IMG/VR virus record: IMGVR_UViG_3300028591_000169
Span: 1-64,000 of that record
Length of the DNA: 64,000 bases
Strand: one strand, 5' to 3'
DNA from: a virus
Taxonomy: Duplodnaviria > Caudoviricetes
The notes below the pieces were generated by a model. It was not told where the DNA came from and did not search any database. It was given only the letters and a program-made list of their open reading frames with translations. Numbering within the stretch: position 1 is the stretch's first letter; every line of letters starts with the position of its first letter. Below, piece after piece: positions 30,434-40,725 of this stretch. The translations under genes were made by a program, and so were the position numbers.

Positions 30434-31264
30434 TTATTTAACTTTTACTCGATAAACACATCCACCATTTGTCATTATTCGCTGGACATTGGAAGGTTTC
30501 CTTTCTCTCTGAACCGCTTTCTGTCCAAGAACCTTGTCAGCATATTCCTTGATGCTCTGCTGTCTTCTGATCGGACCGCCATTGGCAACGGCATTGACCG
30601 CATTCTGCCTATGGATGTTGTCTCCAATCCGCTCGTGAGCTGCTGCAAAGTTCTGCCGTGAAGCGTCAGCAGCAAAGTCGGAATCAATCTGCAATGTCTC
30701 CTGCCTTGTCTTTGCTGCGGAGTTTCCAGTAAGAACTCCGCCAAGACCAGTACCGAGACCGATAACACCTCCAGCCAACGCACCCCAAGGTCCACCAATT
30801 TGCAATCCGGTCATTGCCCCGGACAGCGTTGAAGTCGCAACAGAACCTACCTGCTGACCAGTAGTCATTCCGCGGATATCCTGATAATTGAACTGCGGAT
30901 TGAAATTGGTCTGAGCATAGTCATTCGCAAGCTGATCATAGTTGTTATAATTGATATTACCGGCATTACGGAGATCAGCAATCTGATTCTCCTGCATCGT
31001 GGTGTCACGAATCTGAGCATCTTTGAATGCATTTGACAGAAGAGTTGTTGCGCCAGTAAGACCAGCAACAATGCCACCGGCAACAGCCTGGCCTTGCTGT
31101 GCGCGAAGGGCAGAATCCTCGGCATTATACTGATCTTCACGCCCATACCAAGAATCATTATCATTGGCTGCGTAAGCCTCAGCTAATTGCGCTCGCCTTC
31201 TTGCCGCGTCTTGATACGACCCGACAAAAGACTGATTGTACATATTATCCCACCAAGTTGCCAT
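30434..31264 (-). CDS. Small cargo / ejection protein with glycine-zipper hydrophobic segments (276 aa)
   Basis: LSGAMTGLQIGGPWGALAGGVIGLGTGLGGVL and GGIVAGLTGA segments. Confidence 0.7.
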   Translation of the reverse strand: MATWWDNMYNQSFVGSYQDAARRRAQLAEAYAANDNDSWYGREDQYNAEDSALRAQQGQAVAGGIVAGLTGATTLLSNAFKDAQIRDTTMQENQIADLRNAGNINYNNYDQLANDYAQTNFNPQFNYQDIRGMTTGQQVGSVATSTLSGAMTGLQIGGPWGALAGGVIGLGTGLGGVLTGNSAAKTRQETLQIDSDFAADASRQNFAAAHERIGDNIHRQNAVNAVANGGPIRRQQSIKEYADKVLGQKAVQRERKPSNVQRIMTNGGCVYRVKVK

Positions 31265-34200
31265 TATTCAAAATATTTAACAACTATATCATGTAACTGC
31301 ATCAGGTACTTACCGTCAACATCGTTCTTGCGGAAAAGCAGGTTAATCCAAGGATTACGAATTCGGTCCATACCATGCTTGTTCGTTCCTTCCTTCAGAG
31401 CTCTCGGGATAACCAGTCTCCAGATGCGGAACTTCTTACGGACATCATCACGATTAAACTGTTCGTGAGCAAACAGCGTAAAGCCGGTATCCTGATATTC
31501 ATCCCAGACCTTGAAGTCCGTGAATGTCTCCCACTCCTTATAGGTGTCATCGATGTCTCCATTGATGAGTTCAGTTTCGGAAACAATGGGCTCGGCATTG
31601 TCGTCAAGCACTTCGAAGAAGTCTGCCCTGTAATCAATGTTCGTCCAAATCTTGTCACCGAACGGATCAGGAGTGACGCGATACTGTGTCCAGTAATCGT
31701 ACTGCTTCCCGAAGAAGTTACAATATAAGCCCTCGTTCTGAAGCCAGAGTTTATTGTCCCGGAACGACACGAGTCGGTCTTCGACATTCGTGATCATCGG
31801 GACCTCCCGATAATCGAAGAAACTGGTGAATGCACCGAGCGTTTCATTGTAAACGAGACAAGGCTTATCGTCATTCTTGCGGACAAGATAGATATCCGAG
31901 TGAACCTTATCGTAATACGATACAATATTATTGAATTTGCTCGGAGCCCAAGGCTCAATATTGTTTATCTCGCGGAACCAAGCACCGAATCCGAGACGCG
32001 TGGACAGATTGTCAATGGCCTGACCATTGAATGAGCAGAATGCCTTGTTGATATTATCAACGAAATACAATGCATTCTTGCCTTCGATGATAGACCACTT
32101 GTTCACGCAGCCGTACTTGTTCGTGATATAACGTTTGCCGTCAACCTTGCCAGAGTTCGCAATCTCAACAGGAACTCCATCCTGCGTGGAAAGCTGGGTT
32201 CTGGAGTTGAACAGAATCTCGGATATGCCGCGATCCTGGAAAGCGATTATACTATTGCCCATTCTGCGAAGGGCTCTGCAAATACCTTTGTCGCCATCAA
32301 GCTTCAGCGTGCTTGCAAGTGTAACATGAGACCATTCGTCAATGTCTTCAGAGTCGTGCTTTTCAAGCGACCATGTAATGGAAGAGCGATAAGAATCGAG
32401 ATTGAAATCAGAATCCAGATCCCGCTGCACAATGAAATTATTGTGCTGGGAATAGACCGGATTAATCTGCCCGAACTTCTCGGCATCAATGGACGCCAAA
32501 TGACTCACGCCACGCTGCAAGTCAGTTCTTCCGTCAATGTTCACATGTGTCTCGATCATAACAGATGTGATGTCGACGACATTGTTAACAGCACCGGTAG
32601 AATACGGCTTTGTTTTCAGACAGTCCCATCTCTGGAAATAAGTATCACCCTGGTTTCCAATCAAGATATCGCTGATGCCGTCGGCGGTCATATCGGATAC
32701 AAGATGTTGAGGACCGGCTATGATAAAGCGATTGTTCTGAACAGCAGACTCCGTCGTCCCTCCGTATCTGGTGTCATCATCGAACGGGTAATATATTTCC
32801 CCGATGTACAGATAACTATCGTCTTCACCAATCGTTCTCGCCGTATTCGTGATAGGATTACCAGAAAGCGCAAATGTCCCCTGGTTAACGGAATAATCCT
32901 TGAAAGGATAAAACGCATCTTCGCTCTTCTTCGCCCAAGGAAGAACACAGCCAGTAATATCAGAAGTACGAGTAGGCAGTATTACGGATTCATTCACATG
33001 ACTTGAAAAACGGGGCAAGATTGTCTGGACATATCCATTCAGAATATTCGTCGGAAGGCTCATGACAAGATGCGGACTTGACGAATAAGTTATCTGAACA
33101 GGGATGTCGGAGAACATCGTATTCTCCTGATTATCATCAACAATGATAAAATCCTGATCATCAGCGGTAGCGAATGAACCAGAAGAATAAAGTATCGGAT
33201 AACGAAGCTTGGACGGCATCGAAAGCGATTCGTTCACAACGCCGTCATAATATCTCGTCTCACCACCGACCTTAAGACCAACATACTGGCTTGAAGTATA
33301 ATTGAAAAGCCTAACGGACTCCAGGTCATAAGTATTGTTCGTCACATTGAGGTTATTATACCATGTGACATTAGAATACTTTAAGTTGGCAAATGTCTTG
33401 GAATGAAGCTCAGAATATGTCTCATCAACCTGAGTGAAACTTCCATCCTGATTCTGATCATTGGAAACAAATGTCGTAATGCTTCCCGGATGGTGCCACA
33501 TGTGCAACCAATAACGACGAATGCTTCCATCGCGGATATAATCAATAGAATCCCAAAGCCGCCTGTTCTTTGTAGAATGATGGAACTCGGGAGCATCATC
33601 GGATTCATTTCGCTCGGTAATACCATATTCCCTCCACAGTGGCCAAGAAAGAATTCCGTTCGGAACACCGAATTTCTGATTAACAAGGTTTTCGCCAACC
33701 AATTTACCGGGAGAAGCATCAACGGTGTAATCAGATATTACGCTAGATATTTTAGCCACGCCAACTATACGAAGCTTGTACTTATCGGCGTTATCAAGAA
33801 GCATCGCCTCATGGTCAAATTCGGGCGAGTTAAGCGTGATTGTATTCTCGTCGATGAACATCAAATGCTTCTTATAATATGAAGGAGCATAATCCGGCGA
33901 AGAAGAAACATCAACATCTGACACAGAGTACCATCTATCAGTCTGTCCGCGCCTGATATTAAGAGCAGCCCTAGAATCAGTATTAGCGACAAGACCGGTA
34001 TTATATTGGAAAAAATAGTCAGTTTCCATATTGTCGTGCGTTGCAACGCACCACTGATAGAAAAGACCATCTTGATCAAGCGGAACTATATACTGAGATG
34101 GAATAGAATATTCAAGCAACTTGGAAGCTATACAATTATGGAGATGATTCTTTGTATCATTTCCACGATATTTCCCATAATCGCAAGTTGTCGTATAAAT

Positions 34201-37200
34201 TGTAATTGCGAAATTGCCGGAAGGAACAGTATATGTTCTCGATATGTCCTTTTGAATTCCAAGAGGAGACCATCGCAAAATTTCAGAAGCAAGTTCCTGT
34301 AACGCAAGTACGAATTGCTGCGAATAAAAATCGTAATTGTTTAATTCACTAATCGCCTCAGGGGTAAAGGAGATTAATTTTGCAGTAACAAGAATAAAAC
34401 TCCCATAATTTTGGTATACCGCACCTCGCGTTGCGATCTTATACAGTATAACGAAATAATCGAAATCAAGCCCGCTGTCAAAAACTTCGTCATACGAAGA
34501 ATTGTCAGAGCCATAATTTTTTATACGATAATATGGATTCGGATCTTCATCGGTAGTCCAGTAGTTACACTGGATCTCACCGGTAGACACGGTAGACTTG
34601 TTGATCGGCTGGAAATGCTTCCACGCATAATCAGACTGCCTAGGACGGCTTATCCAAGAAGACGAGGAGTAAGTGCGATTCTTAAATCTGTCCCAAACAT
34701 TGAAAACCGTAGGGTTAATGATGCCCTGAGCCTTTACGGATCTGTCGGCATTCGTGGCCTCAGCAATCATAAGATTTGCCGTAGTAAAGCCAATTTCTTT
34801 AATGAAAGAAACCAGCTGTGCCGGGAGCGAACACTCGACAACCACACGATGAATCTTGTTCCCATCTATGACAGGATACTTATCGTTTACCTTGTCGCCA
34901 ATCCAGAAGGCTTCGGTCATCGTTCCGTCGCCACGCCTGAAGCTTAAACCAAAACGATATTTTTCACCGCCCTTGAATGTTGTAATCTTGGACGATGAAT
35001 CTACCAGCTGGCTATTGTAGACATAGTTTTCTCCGGAATCATATGGAATGTCTGGCTTATTAGTGCTACCGTCGGAATACACGAATCGGATACAATCATT
35101 CGCAAATCCCTTCTCGACATCGGCGAACATCGTCGCCTTTATGATTGTCTCAAGATCGTTGTAATATTCTTTTCCTACAGACTGAATATCGCCAAGGAAC
35201 AACGTCTGATCCTTGTGCGTAAGTGTAGAAGCTCTTACAAACTGGCTTCCAAGATAAAGAAGACGCGAAGAATCTATAGACACAAGATGAGAATTGTCAT
35301 CAATGACAATAACCTCGCCCACATTCGTTGTCCCATCAAATACGATATACGATACAGTCTTCCCGTCAAGCGCACTACGGAACACGGAATAAATTCTGAA
35401 GTGATCGAACCTTGTGTCAAGATTGGAAAGACGAAGCGTAACAGCATTCATGTTCGTACCGTCAGCAGAACCACCGGTATTAACAGGAGACAGGTAAATC
35501 AAATCGGAAATCCAAACGTATCCGGACTCCTGACCATGCTTGTTATAATAGGTCATGAGATACTGGACAACGCCATTCGCTCTTGTATTTCCGGAATTGC
35601 TCTTCGATACATCTACCTCAACGCCAAAATTGACGCTTCTATTTGAATCGAAGTAAGTACCATCTGCCCACCTTACTCTTTCTTCAGATCCTGATTCAGC
35701 CATGAAATTCATGAAACGAAGCGGATGAATGCCGTCCACCCAGTATATCTTCTGGATGTCTTCAGTCTCGTAATAGACAACGGACTCAATAGGATGGTCA
35801 AGAGAGAACCCGAGATTCCCGGAGAAGAGCATGTCCGCCTTGAAGGAATCGCCATCGTAATCTATCCTGTAGATATAATCGACAGATTCTTTCTCTTCCG
35901 TATCTTGATCGATATCAGAACCGCTGTTCACGACAGTAACGGTGCATCTGGCATTAACGGTAGGATTATCCTTCGCACGAACCGTTATGACAGCGACACC
36001 AACCGCAAGCGCCTGAATGTGTCCGTCTTCTCCGACAGATACAATGCTCGTATCAGACGAGGACCACAAGGACATCTCGGCGGCGATAGTCCGATGGCCA
36101 TCCTCGTAAGTGACGGTGGCAACAAGATTGCGGGAGGTTCCGACCTGCATTCTTACATTGCTGCTGGACAGACTTATCGACCTGACATTCAATTCAGGAT
36201 GATTCGGGTTCGTGGACGGGATATCCGACTCGTCGTCAAACACGGCAACGGTTACAACATCCTTAATGACACCACCGTCAACCGACGCGGTAATGGTAGT
36301 GTACCCGGCGCTGATACCGGTGACATTACCATTCGCATCGACAATCGCTATAGACGAGTCCTGACTTGTCCAAGTCACGGTCTTATCAGTAGCATTACTC
36401 GGAGTGATACTTGCCGTCAGTTTTGCGGAAGTATTCTTTACGAGGTTAAGGCTCTTCGGAGAAACAGAAAGATTAGTCACCTGGATGTAACCCCCGACAG
36501 AAACCTGACAGGTGTCTGTATATCCACCGTCTACCGTAGTTACTGTGACGAGCGCATTACCCTTGCCAACACCGACAACATTGCCATTCTGGTCAACGGT
36601 AACGATATCAGAATTCGAACTCGACCAAGATACATCCTGAATATATGCGCCGTTCGGATAAATGGTGTAACCAAGATGCGCCTTGGCTCCGACGCCAAGA
36701 CTGAGCGTATTCCTGTCAAGCTTGATTCCGGTAACAGCCTTATTGATGGGCACGAGATAATCCGTCGGGTCTTCAACGACGTGAACGGTCAGAAGTCTCG
36801 TTACGTTCGGAAATTCCTCACAATAGACATTGTAGTATATGACGCCGTCAGGAACATCAGCATTAGCACGGATGTATATACGATACTTTCCGTTCTCGGT
36901 TGTATCGCTGAAAACGGAGACATTCGCGGTAGTGGTTCCATCAAGTCTCTGAACTTTGATGCGCCCGCCAACATCGCCATTGGAATTCTTTCCGAAAGCA
37001 AGAACGACTCCATCCGCTCCGCCCTTCTGGACAACCTTGACGTTCTCGGATAATTCTATCTCGACAACATCAGTAGGCTCGGGATTGACAGGAGAAATAT
37101 ATTTCTCGTAGTAACCGCCAAGGACCTCGACCCAGACCGGATAATAGATATACGGATTGGACTTGAGGTAAAAGGTAACCGGGACGATGCCGTAATCATA

Positions 37201-38097
37201 GCCGCGGGCTATACGGACAAAATCTTTCTCTGAATTGATAAAGGATACGACTCTTGTCTCAGGAATAATCCAGCCTATATCCGTCGTATGGTCTTCAATC
37301 TGTTCGAATTCGTCATTGTCGTAAACGACTAAACTCGTCTTGAACGGATTCTTCCTTATCGCTGTAGATTCGTAAATCGAAATATCGTCGTTATAATAGA
37401 ACTCGATGCTGTCATTTCCACAAACAAGCCGAAGACCTTCATCTTCTGTTTTCTGATTGACGACATGGACGGTGCAGGTTGCGATGCCGAATTCCGGGTA
37501 TGTAGGATTGTAGACCTTTATATGATATGTACCGGCAGAGTGAGCCTTGAACCATGTTATCGTATTCGTTCCTCCAAACTCCTGCTTGTATTCAAGCGTG
37601 AGTTTATTTACGGACTGCTCGTCAGGAACGAATTCCCAACGACCACGATAGTTCTGTGACTTGACGAGTTCGCTCTTGTAATCGCCACCCATACCCCTTG
37701 CGCGGACGCAGAACAGCTGGTTCTTCTGAACCGTTACTTCTTCCGGCGCAAGAAAGATAGTATAAGGGATGTGATAGTTTTCTCCAGGAACCTCGTCATT
37801 GGCAACGACATTGACATTCAATATCGCATATTTACTGCGATCTACAACCGAATAGACACGAACAGTAGTAGAACCGGCGGATACACCTTTGATAGTTATA
37901 ACCGTATCATAGTAATCCTTATACTTGGCTACGGAACCGCCAACATAGCGAACGACATCCTTGTCTTCGACTATGACCTCGACGACACTCTTGTCTACAG
38001 CGCCGGTATCAGTAATTACTTCGGCCTTGATCTGGGCCTGTTCATTTTTATTGACAACGACGCTGTATTTTGATAACCGTATGCTTGCAATGGACAT
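31264..38097 (-). CDS. Muzzle / tail stabilisation protein, main part, with N-terminal Ig-like array (2277 aa)
   Basis: From 35883 downward it shows crAss muzzle motifs (GNLGFSLDHPIE...QKIYWVDG, KGGEKYRFG, QGDTYFQRWDCLKT, ANSGKVDGKRY, DRIRNPW). Big_2-like repeats precede this. Confidence 0.88.
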   Translation of the reverse strand: MSIASIRLSKYSVVVNKNEQAQIKAEVITDTGAVDKSVVEVIVEDKDVVRYVGGSVAKYKDYYDTVITIKGVSAGSTTVRVYSVVDRSKYAILNVNVVANDEVPGENYHIPYTIFLAPEEVTVQKNQLFCVRARGMGGDYKSELVKSQNYRGRWEFVPDEQSVNKLTLEYKQEFGGTNTITWFKAHSAGTYHIKVYNPTYPEFGIATCTVHVVNQKTEDEGLRLVCGNDSIEFYYNDDISIYESTAIRKNPFKTSLVVYDNDEFEQIEDHTTDIGWIIPETRVVSFINSEKDFVRIARGYDYGIVPVTFYLKSNPYIYYPVWVEVLGGYYEKYISPVNPEPTDVVEIELSENVKVVQKGGADGVVLAFGKNSNGDVGGRIKVQRLDGTTTANVSVFSDTTENGKYRIYIRANADVPDGVIYYNVYCEEFPNVTRLLTVHVVEDPTDYLVPINKAVTGIKLDRNTLSLGVGAKAHLGYTIYPNGAYIQDVSWSSSNSDIVTVDQNGNVVGVGKGNALVTVTTVDGGYTDTCQVSVGGYIQVTNLSVSPKSLNLVKNTSAKLTASITPSNATDKTVTWTSQDSSIAIVDANGNVTGISAGYTTITASVDGGVIKDVVTVAVFDDESDIPSTNPNHPELNVRSISLSSSNVRMQVGTSRNLVATVTYEDGHRTIAAEMSLWSSSDTSIVSVGEDGHIQALAVGVAVITVRAKDNPTVNARCTVTVVNSGSDIDQDTEEKESVDYIYRIDYDGDSFKADMLFSGNLGFSLDHPIESVVYYETEDIQKIYWVDGIHPLRFMNFMAESGSEERVRWADGTYFDSNRSVNFGVEVDVSKSNSGNTRANGVVQYLMTYYNKHGQESGYVWISDLIYLSPVNTGGSADGTNMNAVTLRLSNLDTRFDHFRIYSVFRSALDGKTVSYIVFDGTTNVGEVIVIDDNSHLVSIDSSRLLYLGSQFVRASTLTHKDQTLFLGDIQSVGKEYYNDLETIIKATMFADVEKGFANDCIRFVYSDGSTNKPDIPYDSGENYVYNSQLVDSSSKITTFKGGEKYRFGLSFRRGDGTMTEAFWIGDKVNDKYPVIDGNKIHRVVVECSLPAQLVSFIKEIGFTTANLMIAEATNADRSVKAQGIINPTVFNVWDRFKNRTYSSSSWISRPRQSDYAWKHFQPINKSTVSTGEIQCNYWTTDEDPNPYYRIKNYGSDNSSYDEVFDSGLDFDYFVILYKIATRGAVYQNYGSFILVTAKLISFTPEAISELNNYDFYSQQFVLALQELASEILRWSPLGIQKDISRTYTVPSGNFAITIYTTTCDYGKYRGNDTKNHLHNCIASKLLEYSIPSQYIVPLDQDGLFYQWCVATHDNMETDYFFQYNTGLVANTDSRAALNIRRGQTDRWYSVSDVDVSSSPDYAPSYYKKHLMFIDENTITLNSPEFDHEAMLLDNADKYKLRIVGVAKISSVISDYTVDASPGKLVGENLVNQKFGVPNGILSWPLWREYGITERNESDDAPEFHHSTKNRRLWDSIDYIRDGSIRRYWLHMWHHPGSITTFVSNDQNQDGSFTQVDETYSELHSKTFANLKYSNVTWYNNLNVTNNTYDLESVRLFNYTSSQYVGLKVGGETRYYDGVVNESLSMPSKLRYPILYSSGSFATADDQDFIIVDDNQENTMFSDIPVQITYSSSPHLVMSLPTNILNGYVQTILPRFSSHVNESVILPTRTSDITGCVLPWAKKSEDAFYPFKDYSVNQGTFALSGNPITNTARTIGEDDSYLYIGEIYYPFDDDTRYGGTTESAVQNNRFIIAGPQHLVSDMTADGISDILIGNQGDTYFQRWDCLKTKPYSTGAVNNVVDITSVMIETHVNIDGRTDLQRGVSHLASIDAEKFGQINPVYSQHNNFIVQRDLDSDFNLDSYRSSITWSLEKHDSEDIDEWSHVTLASTLKLDGDKGICRALRRMGNSIIAFQDRGISEILFNSRTQLSTQDGVPVEIANSGKVDGKRYITNKYGCVNKWSIIEGKNALYFVDNINKAFCSFNGQAIDNLSTRLGFGAWFREINNIEPWAPSKFNNIVSYYDKVHSDIYLVRKNDDKPCLVYNETLGAFTSFFDYREVPMITNVEDRLVSFRDNKLWLQNEGLYCNFFGKQYDYWTQYRVTPDPFGDKIWTNIDYRADFFEVLDDNAEPIVSETELINGDIDDTYKEWETFTDFKVWDEYQDTGFTLFAHEQFNRDDVRKKFRIWRLVIPRALKEGTNKHGMDRIRNPWINLLFRKNDVDGKYLMQLHDIVVKYFE

Positions 38098-38109
38098 ATG
38101 TCTAATCTT

Positions 38110-38379
38110 TTATTCGCCAGTATTCGTCTTCACTGCATCGTCGTGAAGGAAAAGGATGATGTGATTCTTCAGAACATTCCAGCCGACAACTTTACCAGGA
38201 AGTTCCGGAAGCGGAATCTCCTTAGTCCCGCGCTCGTTGGTCACAGATAGAAGAGTGTCGTGATCGCGGGCAATGATGCGGATATTATGATTCTCATACG
38301 CAGAAGACTCGCCTGCCTTTGAAATGGACAGGTCGCGGTTCATGCCTTTGTTCTGTAAGACGAATGCCTTCTGTTTCAT
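38110..38379 (-). CDS. N-terminal fragment of the muzzle protein (89 aa)
   Basis: KGMNRDLSISK...NIRIIARDHDTLLSVTNERG...GWNVLKNHIILF is the usual crAss muzzle N-terminus; it is in frame with the next ORF. Confidence 0.8.
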   Translation of the reverse strand: MKQKAFVLQNKGMNRDLSISKAGESSAYENHNIRIIARDHDTLLSVTNERGTKEIPLPELPGKVVGWNVLKNHIILFLHDDAVKTNTGE

Positions 38380-38382
38380 ACC

Positions 38383-39120
38383 CTAATGTCTTTTCCAGTA
38401 TTCCTTTGCACCGTTGTCGAAGAACGCCTTCCAGTGCTGGTTGTTTCTCGGAAGCAAGGTCTTGAACGAATTGAACAGCGTTTCCGCCTTGTCGAGATCG
38501 AGACGGGAGAATTCATTCTGGGCATCACCAACGGACCAGCAATATTCCTGCTGCGCATTGGCGAACACCTGCTGCGATATCTTCCCCATATCGAACTGGA
38601 TAGTGAACCACTGTAGTTTAATGTAGTTCTCAAGTCCGCGAAGGAAAGACGCGTTGTCGGGAAGAAGCGGATAGCCCTCCTCGTCAACAGCGAAACCGCG
38701 ATATGCAACTTCGACATCAACATCCTTCGTGGAGGTGAAGATGACCATTCCCTGCGTCTTATAAGTGAGTTCACCCGTGAGCAAAGCATCCGGCTTGATA
38801 TCGGACATATGAAACGAATGACCGGAATAGCGATAGACCGGACCGAAGAATCCGGGCTTTCGGCAACAGTCGAGCCAGCGTTTTGCGTGCTGACGACCAG
38901 CCATTCTTACCTGGATCATCTCAACGAAATCACAGGGCAACTGACCGCGCCAATTATGGACATCAACGATTGCCGTCTTCTCGTCATACAGCGCCGGAGT
39001 CCCCATCAGCTCGATGAAGTCAATTGCATATTCGACGGCAGTCTCGAAAGGGATGTCTCGCATCATCGGATGACGCATCACCCTGTCAAGGATTCTTCGT
39101 ATGTTGGTTGTCTGGTTCAT
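38383..39120 (-). CDS. Tail ring / tubular protein (245 aa)
   Basis: Position immediately before the muzzle; GQLPCDF and YCWSVGDAQ motifs. Confidence 0.7.
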   Translation of the reverse strand: MNQTTNIRRILDRVMRHPMMRDIPFETAVEYAIDFIELMGTPALYDEKTAIVDVHNWRGQLPCDFVEMIQVRMAGRQHAKRWLDCCRKPGFFGPVYRYSGHSFHMSDIKPDALLTGELTYKTQGMVIFTSTKDVDVEVAYRGFAVDEEGYPLLPDNASFLRGLENYIKLQWFTIQFDMGKISQQVFANAQQEYCWSVGDAQNEFSRLDLDKAETLFNSFKTLLPRNNQHWKAFFDNGAKEYWKRH

Positions 39121-39575
39121 ATCATTTCTTTTCCATATTCAATCGGAACCCACGGACAGTCATAAGACCGATACAGTTCCTTCATCTTCTTAAACAGTCT
39201 TCGGTTCGCGACGAAGCCGTAGCATCTCAAGTTTTTGTTCTTGTCCCTTCTTGGAAGATAGGTAATGCTGAACGCTTCCGGCTCTCCATCAAAATGTCCT
39301 TTTTCCCAGTTGAAGCCTCCGTATCCGACAAACTTGTCTCCACGATACTGCGGGCTTTTCCGTATCGTCACCGCTGCAACCGTTCCCAATCCGCACGGAA
39401 GGTCTACGGCACCTTCCTTTTTCAAATCTTCAGCGAGCAGACTGCAATATTCCTTGACGATAGCCGTATATGTATGTAGGTTTACCGGTTCATTCTTTCT
39501 CGTCCTTCTGACATACACTTCGTAGCCGTCGGTCATGTCAGGATATCTTGCCTGTCCGCTGAATGCCAATCTCAT
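39117..39575 (-). CDS. IHF/HU-like protein of the crAss tail module
   Basis: AEDLKKEGAVDLPCGLGTV (HU/IHF core pattern), in the conserved position between ring genes. Confidence 0.6.
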   Translation of the reverse strand: MRLAFSGQARYPDMTDGYEVYVRRTRKNEPVNLHTYTAIVKEYCSLLAEDLKKEGAVDLPCGLGTVAAVTIRKSPQYRGDKFVGYGGFNWEKGHFDGEPEAFSITYLPRRDKNKNLRCYGFVANRRLFKKMKELYRSYDCPWVPIEYGKEMI

Positions 39576-40330
39576 TCTTCAGCCTCCTGTCTCGGTTTGT
39601 AAGTGCTGTTCTCGACAGGTCTCGGATGTCTCTGCTGCGTTACAGCCGCGTCAGCCAGTCCATCCTTCGCATCGTTCTGCTTGTCTTCCGGTGCATATCT
39701 GGAACCCATCATCTCCTGAACGGTGAGTTCAATGCAGGAAGGAATAAGCGCACTCTCAAGCGGGAACTTCATCTCAAGGATATTGCACTTGCCGCTCCCA
39801 TCACCGTCACAGGACAACTCCGCCGCCTTTCTCGGGTCGGAAAATACAGCAGTCATTCTGACCTTTTCCAGATACATGAACTGGGGATGGTTGCCGGTTA
39901 TGTACAGGTGCCCGTCATTGCTCTTGGCGGCATAGATGATATTCTTCAACCACTTATTGTATCCGACATACGGCATTCTCTCCGGCGGAATGAAAGTCAC
40001 GGTGGACTGAATCATATCGCTGATAGTAGAGAGCGTCGTGTTGGAGACATTGATGGTGTCTGGAATTTCCTCGATGGAATGAAGCCAAAGACCAGTGCAT
40101 CCAGACGGTAGCATCTCCGTCGGCTCAAGCGTAAGGCAAATGTCCTGAAGGTTCTCGTCAGACATCGGAGTGAATGTCTGGTTGCGCGAGTTCTTGTACT
40201 TCCGCTCGAGCAACAGATTCCGAATATGCGATGCGAAGAAGATGACATGCTCCTCGGTGAAGTGCGCATCATCTGCCTTTTCCTTGAGTAAATCGAGGAC
40301 CGCATATGTGATTTCTCCAAATGTAGCCAT
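39572..40330 (-). CDS. Tail ring protein (252 aa)
   Basis: Synteny; TFIPPERMPYVGYNKW and AVFSDP...FPLE motifs. Confidence 0.7.
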   Translation of the reverse strand: MATFGEITYAVLDLLKEKADDAHFTEEHVIFFASHIRNLLLERKYKNSRNQTFTPMSDENLQDICLTLEPTEMLPSGCTGLWLHSIEEIPDTINVSNTTLSTISDMIQSTVTFIPPERMPYVGYNKWLKNIIYAAKSNDGHLYITGNHPQFMYLEKVRMTAVFSDPRKAAELSCDGDGSGKCNILEMKFPLESALIPSCIELTVQEMMGSRYAPEDKQNDAKDGLADAAVTQQRHPRPVENSTYKPRQEAEE

Positions 40331-40331
40331 A

Positions 40332-40718
40332 CTAAATTACTCTTATGTAATCGTCCTGAGTATATCTATCCTTGTTCGGAATAGCATTACCATTCTCGTC
40401 AACCGCATAGTCCTCCGTAATCCTATTCTTAAGCACGCCCATATATTCGTTACGACCAATCGTAACCTTGTTCGTGCAGAACACGGAATAAGGAAGCAGA
40501 CATCCACCATTGGAGAACAGTTTACGCAACGCGTTATCTACTGCGCTATAATCTTCCTCGGAGAAGAACCGGTGCGTGCTGTCAACGAAATCGATAAGAA
40601 ACAGGTAAAGCATGAAGCGGGACATCATTCCCGGCTTGATGTATCCTGTGTTCTTCAGGATATCGAAATATTTGGTTGTCGTATCAAGGGCCCTACCCTC
40701 GTCAATTACCTGTAACAT
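40332..40718 (-). CDS. Tail hub / fibre-docking protein, small (128 aa)
   Basis: Synteny; YFDILKNTGY and LRITED-like C-terminus. Confidence 0.55.
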   Translation of the reverse strand: MLQVIDEGRALDTTTKYFDILKNTGYIKPGMMSRFMLYLFLIDFVDSTHRFFSEEDYSAVDNALRKLFSNGGCLLPYSVFCTNKVTIGRNEYMGVLKNRITEDYAVDENGNAIPNKDRYTQDDYIRVI

Positions 40719-40725
40719 AATTCAA

